Below, one piece after another: positions 28,430-38,540 of a stretch of 64,000 bases of DNA. Both the position numbers and the translations under genes were made by a program. Each line of letters starts with the position of its first letter. The first letter of the stretch is position 1. Source of the stretch: Candidatus Nomurabacteria bacterium RIFCSPHIGHO2_02_40_30 (GTDB lineage: Bacteria > Patescibacteriota > Minisyncoccia > Phycocordibacterales > UBA9973). The stretch is taken from positions 101,566 to 165,565 of the forward strand of contig MFTV01000010.1 in NCBI GenBank assembly GCA_001785445.1, written 5' to 3'. The notes under the pieces were generated by a model that ran no database searches, was not told the origin of the DNA, and saw only the letters and a list, made by a program, of their open reading frames with translations.

Positions 28430-29187
28430 AAAATAAAAAACCCAAAATAATAATAATGTCAGGCTATGGACTCAACTGTGAGGAAGAAACTAAGTTTGCT
28501 TTTGATTGGGCGGGTGGAAACGCTGACATTATACATATCAACGACTTGATTGCTAAACCAAAAATGCTGAAAGAATACCAAATTCTTGTGTTCCCCGGAG
28601 GTTTTGCTTACGGTGACGACACGGGAAGCGGCAAGGCTTATGCCAATAAATTTAAGAATCACCTATTAAAAGAGCTATGTGAGTTTTTATCTCGAGACAC
28701 TTTGGTGATAGGAATATGTAACGGATTCCAGATTATAACTAATCTTGAAATAGTTCCCGGCGCGTTGACATATAACAAGAACGGTAAATTCATAGACCGT
28801 TGGCTTGATTTAGAAACAAGAAATAGCACCAGTCCTTGGCTTAAGGGTATAAAGAAAATATCTATACCTATAACCCACGGGGAGGGAAGATATATTACTA
28901 ATCCAAAAGAGTACAAAACTTTAAAGAAAAATGAACAGATAGCATTCCTTTATGCAAAAGGTGATATTTATAAATTCCAAAATTTAGAACATAACCCAAA
29001 TGGCTCACAATATGACATCGCTGGAGTTTTAGCATATAATGGTAGGGTTCTGGGTATGATGCCTCATCCAGAAAAAGCTATATTTGCGCATCAAAGCCCT
29101 TTATGGTACAAGAATAAAAAGGTTTCGAAAGAAGGGCAAGGGCTACAAATTTTTAAGAACGGGGTTAATTATTTTAAAGATAGATGA
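28426..29187 (+). CDS. purQ: FGAM synthase glutamine amidotransferase subunit
   Basis: The class I GATase triad is present: GICNGFQI ... MMPHPEK (matching the large-PurL glutaminase motifs GVCNGCQM / MPHPER). It overlaps the purL stop by 4 nt. Confidence 0.8.
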   Translation: MKNKKPKIIIMSGYGLNCEEETKFAFDWAGGNADIIHINDLIAKPKMLKEYQILVFPGGFAYGDDTGSGKAYANKFKNHLLKELCEFLSRDTLVIGICNGFQIITNLEIVPGALTYNKNGKFIDRWLDLETRNSTSPWLKGIKKISIPITHGEGRYITNPKEYKTLKKNEQIAFLYAKGDIYKFQNLEHNPNGSQYDIAGVLAYNGRVLGMMPHPEKAIFAHQSPLWYKNKKVSKEGQGLQIFKNGVNYFKDR

Positions 29188-30575
29188 ATGAATTAAAAGA
29201 GAAATGTGGAATCGTAGGCATATACGGTAAGGATTTACCTATATCTAGGCTGGCATTTTTCGGATTGTTTGCCTTGCAACACAGAGGTCAAGAAGCATCC
29301 GGTATTACGACAAGTGACGGTAAAAAATTATATACCCATAAAGGCGCAGGGTTGGTACCTCAAGCATACACAGAAAAAAGTATCCAAAACTTAAAAGGCT
29401 ATTTAGGAATAGGGCATAACAGATATTCAACCTCTGGTGGTAAAGCCCTCGACCACGCTCAACCGGTTGTGAAAAAAGATTTTGCTCTAGCTCATAATGG
29501 CAACTTGCCAAGTGTAAAGGCTCTTAAAGAATTTCTTTTGTCAAAAAAAGCTTTGCAAAAAAATCGTATGGACTCCGAACTCATAACTGATGCCATAGAT
29601 TTTTATATTAAAAAAGGAGAAACAATAGAGCAAGCTGTTAAAAATGTTTTTCCACTACTGACCGGCTCTTTTTCGCTGGTTATGATGGATAAGGACACAC
29701 TAGTTGCCGTGCGTGATTCATATGGAATGCGTCCTTTGGCATTAGGAAAAATCGGCAAAGGTTATGTAGTAGCCTCCGAGACATGTGCGCTTCAGACTAT
29801 TGGCGCAACATTCCTGCGAGAAGTAAAAGAAGGGGAAATGATTGTAATCAATAGTAAAGGAATAAAAAGCACGCAATTAGCCAAGCCGACTCCAAAACAC
29901 GACATTTTTGAATACGTTTATTTTGCCCGACCGGACAGTGTGCTAAACGGTAAGTTAATATATGAAGTTAGAAAAAACTTTGGAAAGGAACTGGCTCGTG
30001 AATTTAAGTTAAAAGTTGACGCTGTAGTGCCAGTGCCGGACACAGCTACGTCTGTGGCTTTGGGTTATAGTGAAATTTCAGGCATTCCTATCGAAATGGC
30101 TTTGATCAAAAATCGTTATGTACATAGAACTTTCATAGAGCCGGACCAGAAATCCCGTCGTAACAGCGTGGCGCTCAAGCTTATTCCTCTGCCGCAAGTG
30201 TTAAAAGGTAAAAAAATAGTATTAATAGATGACTCTATTGTAAGGGGAAATACGTGCAGAAAATTAGTCAAAAGACTCTTTGACGCAGGGACAAAAGAGG
30301 TACACCTTTTAATATCTTCTCCGCCGGTGCGTTTTCCGGACTTTTACGGTATCGACACTCCCGACCAAAAAGAACTTATTGCCTCGCATAAAACTGTGGA
30401 AGAAATCCGTAAATTTATCGGCGCCACAAGTTTGCACTTTTTATCTCTTGGCGGTCTTATAAAATCTATCGGCCTGCCAAGGAATCAACTTTCTCTTTCA
30501 TTGTTTAACGGAGTGTACCCAATTGATTTAAAAGAACGAAAGAAAGAAATAAATTATGATGTTCCAAAAAACTAA
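29184..30575 (+). CDS. purF: Amidophosphoribosyltransferase
   Basis: An N-terminal propeptide is followed by the Ntn Cys in MNELKEKCGIVGIYG. A PRTase domain DDSIVRGNT is present. Confidence 0.85.
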   Translation: MNELKEKCGIVGIYGKDLPISRLAFFGLFALQHRGQEASGITTSDGKKLYTHKGAGLVPQAYTEKSIQNLKGYLGIGHNRYSTSGGKALDHAQPVVKKDFALAHNGNLPSVKALKEFLLSKKALQKNRMDSELITDAIDFYIKKGETIEQAVKNVFPLLTGSFSLVMMDKDTLVAVRDSYGMRPLALGKIGKGYVVASETCALQTIGATFLREVKEGEMIVINSKGIKSTQLAKPTPKHDIFEYVYFARPDSVLNGKLIYEVRKNFGKELAREFKLKVDAVVPVPDTATSVALGYSEISGIPIEMALIKNRYVHRTFIEPDQKSRRNSVALKLIPLPQVLKGKKIVLIDDSIVRGNTCRKLVKRLFDAGTKEVHLLISSPPVRFPDFYGIDTPDQKELIASHKTVEEIRKFIGATSLHFLSLGGLIKSIGLPRNQLSLSLFNGVYPIDLKERKKEINYDVPKN

Positions 30576-31125
30576 AACGTCCAAAAAGACTAAATTAGCA
30601 CTTTTGGTTCACGAAGGAGGTACTCAAACTAATCTAAAAGCAATACGGGAGGCGATTGATAATGCTAGAATAAATGCTGAAATTTCTGCGGTAATTTCTG
30701 ATAGCCAAGATGCGACACCAATACTGGAGAGAGTGTCTCCAGACTATATATGTCTTGCTGGTTGGAAAAAAATTATTCCCGACGAAATAACTGAAAAATA
30801 CGCAAATAAAATACTGAACATACATCCAGGTTTAATTCCGGATATAGTGGACGGAAAAGTATTAAATCCTGACAATACCAAAGCTTTATGGAATAAGGGA
30901 ATGTACGGCAATAAAGCCATACAAAATTTCTTAGACCAAAAAGCCACTTACGCAGGCTCATCTCTCCATTTTTTAACTAACGAATTTGATTTTGGTCCGG
31001 TACTAGGAAAAACTTTTGAAAAAATTGAACCCGACGATACTGTGGAATCCTTATATGCTAGACTTAAGAAAAAAGAAAATGAACTTTATGTGGAAGTTTT
31101 AGAAAAATTATGCAAAACAAGTTAA
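30556..31125 (+). CDS. purN: Phosphoribosylglycinamide formyltransferase
   Basis: LAGWKKIIP and the formyl-transferase signature NIHPGLIP are present. Confidence 0.8.
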   Translation: MMFQKTKTSKKTKLALLVHEGGTQTNLKAIREAIDNARINAEISAVISDSQDATPILERVSPDYICLAGWKKIIPDEITEKYANKILNIHPGLIPDIVDGKVLNPDNTKALWNKGMYGNKAIQNFLDQKATYAGSSLHFLTNEFDFGPVLGKTFEKIEPDDTVESLYARLKKKENELYVEVLEKLCKTS

Positions 31126-32417
31126 AAATTTTAATAATTGGCGCTGGTGGGGGACGGGAGCATGCACTAGGCTGGAAAATAGCCCAGTCGGGAAGAGCGG
31201 GAGAATTATTTTTCGCCAGAGGTAATGCAGGTACAGCGCAGATTGGCACCAACTTGGATATAAAAGAGACAGATACATCAGCGCTTTCAAATTTTGCAAA
31301 AGAGGAAAAAATAGATATTACTTTGGTAGCATCAGATGATGCGCTAGCAGCTGGAGTGGTAGATGAATTCAGGCAAGCTGGTTTAAAAATCTGGGGCCCA
31401 ACAAAAATAGCATCGAAATTAGAATGGTCAAAAGCATTTGCTAAAGACTTTATGCAGAGACACGACTTGCCTACAGCAAAATTTAGAGTTTTCAATAATT
31501 TTGAAAAGGCAAACGAATACCTCAAAGAGCAACCATTGCCTATTGTAGTAAAAGCAGATGGTTTGGCTTTGGGTAAAGGCGTGGTGATTTGCCATAGTGT
31601 TGAAGAAGCATATGGAGCCCTAGAAAATATAATGGTAAAAAAGATATTCGCAGATTCAGGCAATACCGTAGTCATAGAAGAATTCCTAGTCGGACCAGAG
31701 ATCTCAATTCATGCGTTGTCAGATGGAAAAAATTATGATATTTTTCCTCCTTCGCAAGATCATAAGAGAATAGGTGAAAACGACATGGGACCAAATACTG
31801 CAGGCATGGGCACCATCGCTCCACTGCCATTTGTAGATGAAGAAATAATGAAAAAGATAGATAAGGACATAATCGCTCCCACCTTAGAAGCTATGAGAAA
31901 AGAAGGAACTCCTTTTGAAGGCATACTATATCCGAGCCTTATGCTCACTAAAGATGGTCCAAAGATTATAGAATTTAACGCACGCTTTGGTGACCCAGAA
32001 GCACAAACTTATATGAGGCTTTTAGATACTGATTTATTAGATATTATTGAGGCCTGTGTTGATAAAAAATTAAACAAGACAAAAATTAAATGGAAAAATA
32101 GCTTTGCCTGCAATATTGCGCTGGCCTCAGGCGGATACCCAGGAAACTATATAAAGGGTAAAATAATTTCTGGTATTGAAGAAGTTAAATTGCAAAAAGA
32201 TATAATAATTTTTCACGCTAACACAAAAGTCGAAGGAGAAAAATTAGTCACCAGTGGCGGACGAGTGCTCGGAATTTCAAGTGTTGGCGATACTCTTGTC
32301 GAGGCACTTGCTAAAGCCTACAAAGCTATAGAGAAAATCTCGTTTGAAGGGATGCAATACAGAAAAGATATAGGAAAGTCAGCTCTTGATTTGGAAAAAA
32401 CTAATTATCCCAATTAA
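31110..32417 (+). CDS. purD: Phosphoribosylamine--glycine ligase
   Basis: KILIIGAGGGREHALGWKIAQS and an ATP-grasp fold are present. Confidence 0.9.
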   Translation: MQNKLKILIIGAGGGREHALGWKIAQSGRAGELFFARGNAGTAQIGTNLDIKETDTSALSNFAKEEKIDITLVASDDALAAGVVDEFRQAGLKIWGPTKIASKLEWSKAFAKDFMQRHDLPTAKFRVFNNFEKANEYLKEQPLPIVVKADGLALGKGVVICHSVEEAYGALENIMVKKIFADSGNTVVIEEFLVGPEISIHALSDGKNYDIFPPSQDHKRIGENDMGPNTAGMGTIAPLPFVDEEIMKKIDKDIIAPTLEAMRKEGTPFEGILYPSLMLTKDGPKIIEFNARFGDPEAQTYMRLLDTDLLDIIEACVDKKLNKTKIKWKNSFACNIALASGGYPGNYIKGKIISGIEEVKLQKDIIIFHANTKVEGEKLVTSGGRVLGISSVGDTLVEALAKAYKAIEKISFEGMQYRKDIGKSALDLEKTNYPN

Positions 32418-33720
32418 AAAACTGGTCTCGGTCCGGACCGGTGCCGACTGATACAATTTTAACATTAAGGTCAGAAAGTTTCTTTTGAATGTAATTTAAA
32501 TAAGAAGTCAACTCTTTCGAAACTTTTCTTTTACTTTTGACTCCATAATTAGCATATCCCCAGCCCGGCATGTTTTCTGTGACTACGTCCGTCACTTGAT
32601 TTAAGTAAAGCGGAAATTCTTTTAAGGTTTTTTTATTTTGTTTATATCCGGTTACAACTTTTATTTTGTCACTTAGGCAAATATCGGCTTTATTTATAAA
32701 AATCTTATTAGCTCCAGAAAGTCCGATAGCGTAGCGTAATGCAAATAAATCGAGCCAGCCGCACATTCTGGGGCGTCCAGTGGTGGCGCCAAATTCATTC
32801 CCCGCATCTCGAAAGAGTTTTTCTATTTTATCGTCTTTCATTCGGCTTGGGAAACTTCCAGAGCCGACTTTGGTGGTATAGGCTTTTATAACTCCATAAA
32901 TGTTTTTTAGAGCAGTATGAGGCACACCCAGCCCGAGGCATACATTCGCTGGCAGGGTATTAGAACTTGTAACGTTAGGGTAATCTCCGAAATCCACATC
33001 TAGCATGACCGCTTGCGCCCCTTCGGCTAAAATATTTTTTCCTTCTCTTAATCTTTTTTGTATTGAAAAAGACACATCGCAAATTTTTAATTTTTTTAGT
33101 TCTTTTAAAGCTTCTAACCATTTAGTTCTGGCTTCTTTTATTTTTTGCTCCGGTATTTCAAAGCCATACTCTTTCTTGTACATCTTTAAAAGATTCATGT
33201 GGAACTTTGAAAGTATTGCTTCTTTTTTAGTAAAATCCGGCGACAGCACATCACCGACTAAAAGCACTCTCCTCGCTCGCACGTCGCTATAAGTGGGTCC
33301 TATGCCTCTCGAAGTAGTGCCTATTTGAGTTCCGAGCTTTTTTCTTCTGTACTCGTCGGCCTGGTCCAAAAATATATGCAAATACGAAACCAGCTTGGCG
33401 CGGTTTGAAATATAAAGTCGAGGAGTTACATTGAAGCCCAAGCTTTTTAGTTCTGAAATCTCTTTAATCAAAGATATGGCGTCCACCACCACGCCATTAC
33501 CCACATAAAGTTCTATTCCTTTTTGAAAACATCCGGAGGGCACAATATGCCCGACGAAAGTTCTGTCTCCTAGCTTCAAAGTATGACCCGCGTTTGCTCC
33601 ACCTTGGAAACGAGCAACCCCAGAATAAGCTCCGTGAGATAAAAGTTCATCTATATTTTTGCCTTTCCCTTCATCTCCCCACTGTAAACCGACAACAACG
33701 TCAATAAATCCTTTTTTCAT
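32401..33720 (-). CDS. purA: Adenylosuccinate synthetase
   Basis: GLQWGDEGKGK and GIGPTYSDVRARR are present. It is convergent with purD. Confidence 0.9.
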   Translation of the reverse strand: MKKGFIDVVVGLQWGDEGKGKNIDELLSHGAYSGVARFQGGANAGHTLKLGDRTFVGHIVPSGCFQKGIELYVGNGVVVDAISLIKEISELKSLGFNVTPRLYISNRAKLVSYLHIFLDQADEYRRKKLGTQIGTTSRGIGPTYSDVRARRVLLVGDVLSPDFTKKEAILSKFHMNLLKMYKKEYGFEIPEQKIKEARTKWLEALKELKKLKICDVSFSIQKRLREGKNILAEGAQAVMLDVDFGDYPNVTSSNTLPANVCLGLGVPHTALKNIYGVIKAYTTKVGSGSFPSRMKDDKIEKLFRDAGNEFGATTGRPRMCGWLDLFALRYAIGLSGANKIFINKADICLSDKIKVVTGYKQNKKTLKEFPLYLNQVTDVVTENMPGWGYANYGVKSKRKVSKELTSYLNYIQKKLSDLNVKIVSVGTGPDRDQFFNWDN

Positions 33721-33723
33721 AAT

Positions 33724-35214
33724 TTAGCTTCCTGTGCTGTAGTTAGGGGCTTCTTTGGTAATGATAACATCGTGCGGATGGCTCTCTTCTATTCCAGAGT
33801 TTGTGATTCTAACAAACTTGGCTTTTTTCTGCAGAGTTTTAATATCTTTTGCTCCGCAGTACCCCATACCAGCTCGTAGCCCTCCTACTAGCTGGTACAT
33901 TACTTCAGAAAGTCCACCCTTAAAAGAAACTCGGCCAACAATCCCTTCGGGCACGAGTTTCTTAATATCATCTTCTGTATCTTGGAAGTATCTGTCTTTA
34001 GAGCCGAGCTGCATTGCGTCAATAGAGCCCATGCCACGATAAGTTTTATATTTTCTGCTTTCGTAAATCACTGTTTCCCCGGGAGATTCTTCAACTCCGG
34101 CAAAAAGCGAGCCGGCCATCACAGAGCTGGCTCCAGCCGCAATGGCCTTTGGTATATCTCCGGTAAAACGAATTCCTCCGTCGGCAATAACTGGCACACC
34201 TGAATTTTTAATAGCTTGCGCAACTTCATATACGGCAGAAAATTGAGGATAGCCTACGCCAGTAATAATACGAGTAGTGCAGATTGACCCCGGCCCTATG
34301 CCGACTTTTACGGCATCGGCTCCGGCCTTTACCAAGTCTTTGGCTCCCTCTCCCGTTGCCACATTACCAACTATAACTTCTAATTTCGGGAATTCTTTTT
34401 TTATTTTCTTCAACATTTGAATTACTCCTTTTGAATGGCCATGGGCGGTGTCGATGACTACTACATCAACTCCATTTTTGTCTAAAATTTTTACTCTCTC
34501 TAAAGTATCTTGTGCTACTCCAACTGCCGCACCTACCCGCAGACGCCCTAAGCTGTCTCTGCAGGAATTCGGTCGAGATTTTACTTTCATTATGTCTTTA
34601 TAAGTTATAAGACCAATGAGTTTATTTTGTTTATCAACTAAAGGCAACTTTTCAACTTTATGCTGTGTTAGTATTTTTTCTGCTTCTGCTAAATCCGTAC
34701 CGAGACTACCTGTTACTAAATTTGTCTTAGTCATAACTTCTAAAACAGTAAGTTCTAAATTTTCCTGAAATCGTAAATCGCGATTAGTTAAAATTCCCTT
34801 CAAGACCATGTTTTTATCAACTATCGGAATACCCCCAATTTTATTTTCTTTCATAATATCAAGAGCTTCCTTTAGTAAGGCATGTCCTTCTAAAGTTATG
34901 GGGTCGTGAATCATGCCACTTTCAGAACGCTTAACTTTGCGGACTTCTTCTGCTTGCTTTTCCTTACTCATATTTTTATGAATAATGCCTATGCCTCCTT
35001 CCTGTGCCATAGCTATGGCCAATGCTGCTTCAGTAACAGTATCCATAGCGGCGGAAACGATCGGAACATTTAGTTTTATCTTTTTAGTCAGATTTGAAGA
35101 TATGTCAACTTCTCTAGGTAAGACTTCCGAGTACAAAGGCACTAGGAGAACATCGTCATAAGTAAGGCCTTCTTTGAAATTTTCGCTTATTGTTCCTTTT
35201 GTTTTGGAAGTCAT
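33724..35214 (-). CDS. guaB: IMP dehydrogenase (with CBS pair)
   Basis: YDDVLLVP, the catalytic loop [14 protein letters not shown] and an inserted CBS pair are present. Start is placed at the Met of MTSKTKG (35214). Confidence 0.9.
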   Translation of the reverse strand: MTSKTKGTISENFKEGLTYDDVLLVPLYSEVLPREVDISSNLTKKIKLNVPIVSAAMDTVTEAALAIAMAQEGGIGIIHKNMSKEKQAEEVRKVKRSESGMIHDPITLEGHALLKEALDIMKENKIGGIPIVDKNMVLKGILTNRDLRFQENLELTVLEVMTKTNLVTGSLGTDLAEAEKILTQHKVEKLPLVDKQNKLIGLITYKDIMKVKSRPNSCRDSLGRLRVGAAVGVAQDTLERVKILDKNGVDVVVIDTAHGHSKGVIQMLKKIKKEFPKLEVIVGNVATGEGAKDLVKAGADAVKVGIGPGSICTTRIITGVGYPQFSAVYEVAQAIKNSGVPVIADGGIRFTGDIPKAIAAGASSVMAGSLFAGVEESPGETVIYESRKYKTYRGMGSIDAMQLGSKDRYFQDTEDDIKKLVPEGIVGRVSFKGGLSEVMYQLVGGLRAGMGYCGAKDIKTLQKKAKFVRITNSGIEESHPHDVIITKEAPNYSTGS

Positions 35215-35269
35215 AATGTATATTATGTATATTAACATAAAATTTGAGTAAGGCAATTATTGTGCTAAT

Positions 35270-36778
35270 ATGGTTTATTATATGAAAAAGAAAATCACTT
35301 CAGCGTTGATTTCAGTTTTCAGCAAAGATGGACTTGAAGATATTGTAAAGCTCCTTTCTAAACACGGAGTAAAGATTATTTCTACAGGTGGTACTGCCGA
35401 ATTTATACGTAAACATAATATATCCGTGACTGAGGTAGAAACTATTGCCAAATTTCCGGCAATTTTTGGTGGCAGAGTTAAAACACTTCAACCGCAAATT
35501 TTTGGTGGCATTTTAAATAGGAGAGACAACAAAGAAGACCAGAAGGAAAAAGCTGAACATAAAATAGAAGACATAGACTTAGTAATTGTAGATTTGTATC
35601 CATTTGAGGAAACACTTGCAAGTGGTGCGAATGAAGAAAACATTATTGAAAAAATTGATATAGGAGGAATATCTCTTATTCGCGCGGCAGCTAAAAACTT
35701 TAATGATGTAGTTGTAATATCATCAAAACATCAATACCAAGAGCTAACTAATATATTGAACTTAGGAAATGAAACAAGTCTGGAAGAACGCAGAAAGTTT
35801 GCCGGTGCTGGGTTTGAAGTAACAAGCAAATATGATGCTGCGATAAGAGGATATTTCCAAGGCACATCACTGCGTTATGGAGAGAATCCACATCAAAAAG
35901 CGGAGTTTGTGGGGAACTTGGAAGAAAGTTTTACCCAACTTCACGGAAAAGAACTTTCTTATAATAATCTCATAGACACAGAAGCTGCAATTTTGACGGT
36001 GACTGATTTCCAAAAGCCTGCTTTCGCTATTATCAAACACATGAATGCTTGTGGCCTTGCTGTCAGGGAAGAAGGGGAATTATTTGAAGCTTATAAGGCC
36101 GCCTATGATGCAGACCCTGTCTCAGCATTTGGTGGCATACTCGCGGCCAACAGAACTATTACTGAAGACATCGCCAAACTTATCAAAGAAGTTAAACTTT
36201 TTATCGAAGTAATAATTGCTCCAGACTTTTCGAAAGAAGCTCTAGCTATATTAATGGAGAAAAAAGATTGCCGAATTTTAAAATGGAATAATCCAAACCT
36301 GCCAACAAAACAAAATCGTACTTGCTTTACCGGAATTTTGTCGCAAGACCGAGATACACACGTGGAAACAGGAGAGGACTTAACAGTAGTGACGAAACGC
36401 GCGCCGGACGAAAGAGAAAGAAAAGATTTATTAATTGCCGCAGTGACTACAAAACATTTAAAATCAAATTCTGTTGCGTTGGTGAAAGATGGCACGCTTC
36501 TTGCTATGGGTTGTGGGCAAACTTCGCGCATTGATGCCTTAAAGCAGGCAATAGATAAAGCCCAAAGAATACAGCAATTTGGATTCTCACTTCAAGGTGC
36601 AGTGCTCTCTTCGGAAGCATTCTTTCCATTTCCTGATTGTGTAGAATTGGCTGCTAAAGTGGGAGTTACTGCCGTAATTCAGCCAGGAGGCTCGAAAAAC
36701 GACCAAGCATCCATAGACATGGCTGACAAATATAATCTGGCAATGGCAACAACTGGGTTTAGACATTTCAAACATTAA
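35270..36778 (+). CDS. purH: Bifunctional AICAR transformylase / IMP cyclohydrolase
   Basis: ALISVFSKDGLEDIVKLLSKHGVKIISTGGTAEFIRKH (MGS-like IMPCH) and a C-terminal AICARFT domain are present. The start may instead be the second Met at 35282. Confidence 0.9.
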   Translation: MVYYMKKKITSALISVFSKDGLEDIVKLLSKHGVKIISTGGTAEFIRKHNISVTEVETIAKFPAIFGGRVKTLQPQIFGGILNRRDNKEDQKEKAEHKIEDIDLVIVDLYPFEETLASGANEENIIEKIDIGGISLIRAAAKNFNDVVVISSKHQYQELTNILNLGNETSLEERRKFAGAGFEVTSKYDAAIRGYFQGTSLRYGENPHQKAEFVGNLEESFTQLHGKELSYNNLIDTEAAILTVTDFQKPAFAIIKHMNACGLAVREEGELFEAYKAAYDADPVSAFGGILAANRTITEDIAKLIKEVKLFIEVIIAPDFSKEALAILMEKKDCRILKWNNPNLPTKQNRTCFTGILSQDRDTHVETGEDLTVVTKRAPDERERKDLLIAAVTTKHLKSNSVALVKDGTLLAMGCGQTSRIDALKQAIDKAQRIQQFGFSLQGAVLSSEAFFPFPDCVELAAKVGVTAVIQPGGSKNDQASIDMADKYNLAMATTGFRHFKH

Positions 36779-36787
36779 TTTTTTAGC

Positions 36788-36815
36788 TTGTATCATTTTG
36801 TAAAAATGCTAGAAT
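36788..36815 (+). promoter_or_regulatory. Putative promoter with extended -10 (TTGTAT, 16 nt, TGcTAGAAT) directly before the purE ATG
   Basis: The -35-like TTGTAT is at 36788-36793 and TGCTAGAAT at 36807-36815. The ATG follows at 36822, giving a leaderless or near-leaderless geometry. The same module occurs at 19174-19203 before the DoxX gene. Confidence 0.35.
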
Positions 36816-36821
36816 AATTTT

Positions 36822-37340
36822 ATGACAAAAAACCCGAAGGTAGGCATTATTATGGGCTCAGATACGGATTTAGCAATCTTTGCTGAATCAGGAGGAATAC
36901 TTGAAGAATTCGGAATTCCTTATGAAATCACAGTGGCCTCAGCTCATCGCGCGCCTAATTTAGTCCATAAATATATTACGACCGCTAAAGCTCGCGGAAT
37001 TAAAGTTATCGTAGCTGGCGCAGGCGGCGCAGCGCACTTAGCCGGAGTGTGCGCCTCTCTGACAACACTTCCAGTCATCGGAGTCCCAACTAAAGCGAAA
37101 ACTTTAGACGGGCTTGACTCTTTGCTTTCAACAGCCCAGATGCCTCCAGGAGTGCCAGTAGCCACCGTCGGCATCAATGCCGGAAAAAATGCCGGAATTT
37201 TAGCTGTTCAGATATTGGCAACAAGTGATAAAAATCTGGAAGAGAAATTGGTTGTATATAAAAACAAACTTGAACAAGACAATAAAACAAAAGGAGAAAA
37301 ATTAGGAAAAATCGGCTATAAAAAATATTTAGATAAATAA
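36822..37340 (+). CDS. purE: Phosphoribosylaminoimidazole carboxylase/mutase catalytic subunit (class I or class II not distinguishable from sequence alone)
   Basis: [11 protein letters not shown] ... [23 protein letters not shown] is the PurE fold signature. No purK was found in the window. Confidence 0.85.
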   Translation: MTKNPKVGIIMGSDTDLAIFAESGGILEEFGIPYEITVASAHRAPNLVHKYITTAKARGIKVIVAGAGGAAHLAGVCASLTTLPVIGVPTKAKTLDGLDSLLSTAQMPPGVPVATVGINAGKNAGILAVQILATSDKNLEEKLVVYKNKLEQDNKTKGEKLGKIGYKKYLDK

Positions 37341-37342
37341 AA

Positions 37343-38464
37343 ATGACGAACAAAAAAAATGAATACGCAAAGGCGGGTGTAGATTATACTGTCATGGAGC
37401 CATTTAAGATGGCGATGATTGAAGCCGGTAAAAAAACACTAAAATTCCCCAATAAAAGGGGAGTCTTTATAAATAAAGATGCAACACATGCCCATGGCGC
37501 AGTATTTGAATATCGTGGTAAAGAGCCACATATTTGGTGCCAAACACAGGAAGATCTAGGAAATAAAAACTGGATTGCCGAATGGATGTATCAAAAAACT
37601 GGCAAATCTTATTACGAATCCATAGCTATCGACACAGCACTGATTGTGGTAAATGACGTCATAGCCCAGGGCGCTATGCCGGTGGTTTTCACAGATCAAC
37701 TGGAAGCAAGTAGAAGCGATTGGTATAAAGATAAAAAACGAGCGCAAGATTTCGCAAATGGTTTTCTAAAAATCTGCCGTGAAGTAGGCATGGCTCTGCC
37801 GGCAGGAGAATCTGCCAGCGTAACTTATATAATAAATCCAAAAGCTCCGGTTAAAGAAATAGTCAGCTTGAGCGGTTCAGTCATCGGAATAGTGACGCCT
37901 AAAGAAAATTTAATTACTGGTCAAGATTTGACTGTCGGTGACCATATTATCGGCGTAGCTTCTTCGGGACTTCACGCCAACGGAATTAGCTTAGTTATTA
38001 AAAAAGCACTCGAACTCCCCAAACAATTTTTAACAAAGCTCCCGAATGGCAAGACTCTGGGCGAAGAAGCGCTTATTCCTACCCGCTCATACGTAGCTCT
38101 GATTGAAGCCTTGCTTAAAAATAAAATAAAAATTCACGCTCTACTCCCAGGGACAGGGGATGGAGTAGGTAAAATTGCTTTTGATAAGAGACCATTTACT
38201 TACAGAATTCATTCTTGGCTTAGTATTCCGCCTTTGTTTAAATTTTTTCATGAACAGTTAAAAATTTCGCTTGAGAATTGTCTGAAAACTTTCAATTGGG
38301 GAGTAGGGTATTACATTTTTGCCCCAAAAGAAGAAGTTGCTAAAATACTAAAAATCGGTGAAGATAAGGGGTACGTAATGGCGGACGTGGGTATTGTAGA
38401 AAAGGGCAAGCGACAAGTTATTTTCGAACCGGAAAAAATTATTCTGATGCCGCCGGGGAAATAA
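37343..38464 (+). CDS. purM: Phosphoribosylformylglycinamidine cyclo-ligase (AIR synthetase)
   Basis: An AIRS N-domain (YAKAGVDY...VVNDVIAQGAMPVVFTD) and a C-domain (GVASSGLHANGISLV) are present. Confidence 0.8.
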   Translation: MTNKKNEYAKAGVDYTVMEPFKMAMIEAGKKTLKFPNKRGVFINKDATHAHGAVFEYRGKEPHIWCQTQEDLGNKNWIAEWMYQKTGKSYYESIAIDTALIVVNDVIAQGAMPVVFTDQLEASRSDWYKDKKRAQDFANGFLKICREVGMALPAGESASVTYIINPKAPVKEIVSLSGSVIGIVTPKENLITGQDLTVGDHIIGVASSGLHANGISLVIKKALELPKQFLTKLPNGKTLGEEALIPTRSYVALIEALLKNKIKIHALLPGTGDGVGKIAFDKRPFTYRIHSWLSIPPLFKFFHEQLKISLENCLKTFNWGVGYYIFAPKEEVAKILKIGEDKGYVMADVGIVEKGKRQVIFEPEKIILMPPGK

Positions 38465-38471
38465 TTATGAA

Positions 38472-38540
38472 TCCCGTTAGAAATCAACTAACGGGAAATT
38501 AAAAGAGAAAATTATAAATGTTAAAATTTCTAACGGGATG
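38472..38540 (+). promoter_or_regulatory. Alternative-hairpin element overlapping the purC start codon
   Basis: Segment X TCCCGTTAGAAAT (38472-38484) can pair either with CTAACGGGA (38488-96) or with ATTTCTAACGGGA (38526-38538). The second partner runs into the purC ATG at 38538-38540. Confidence 0.3.
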
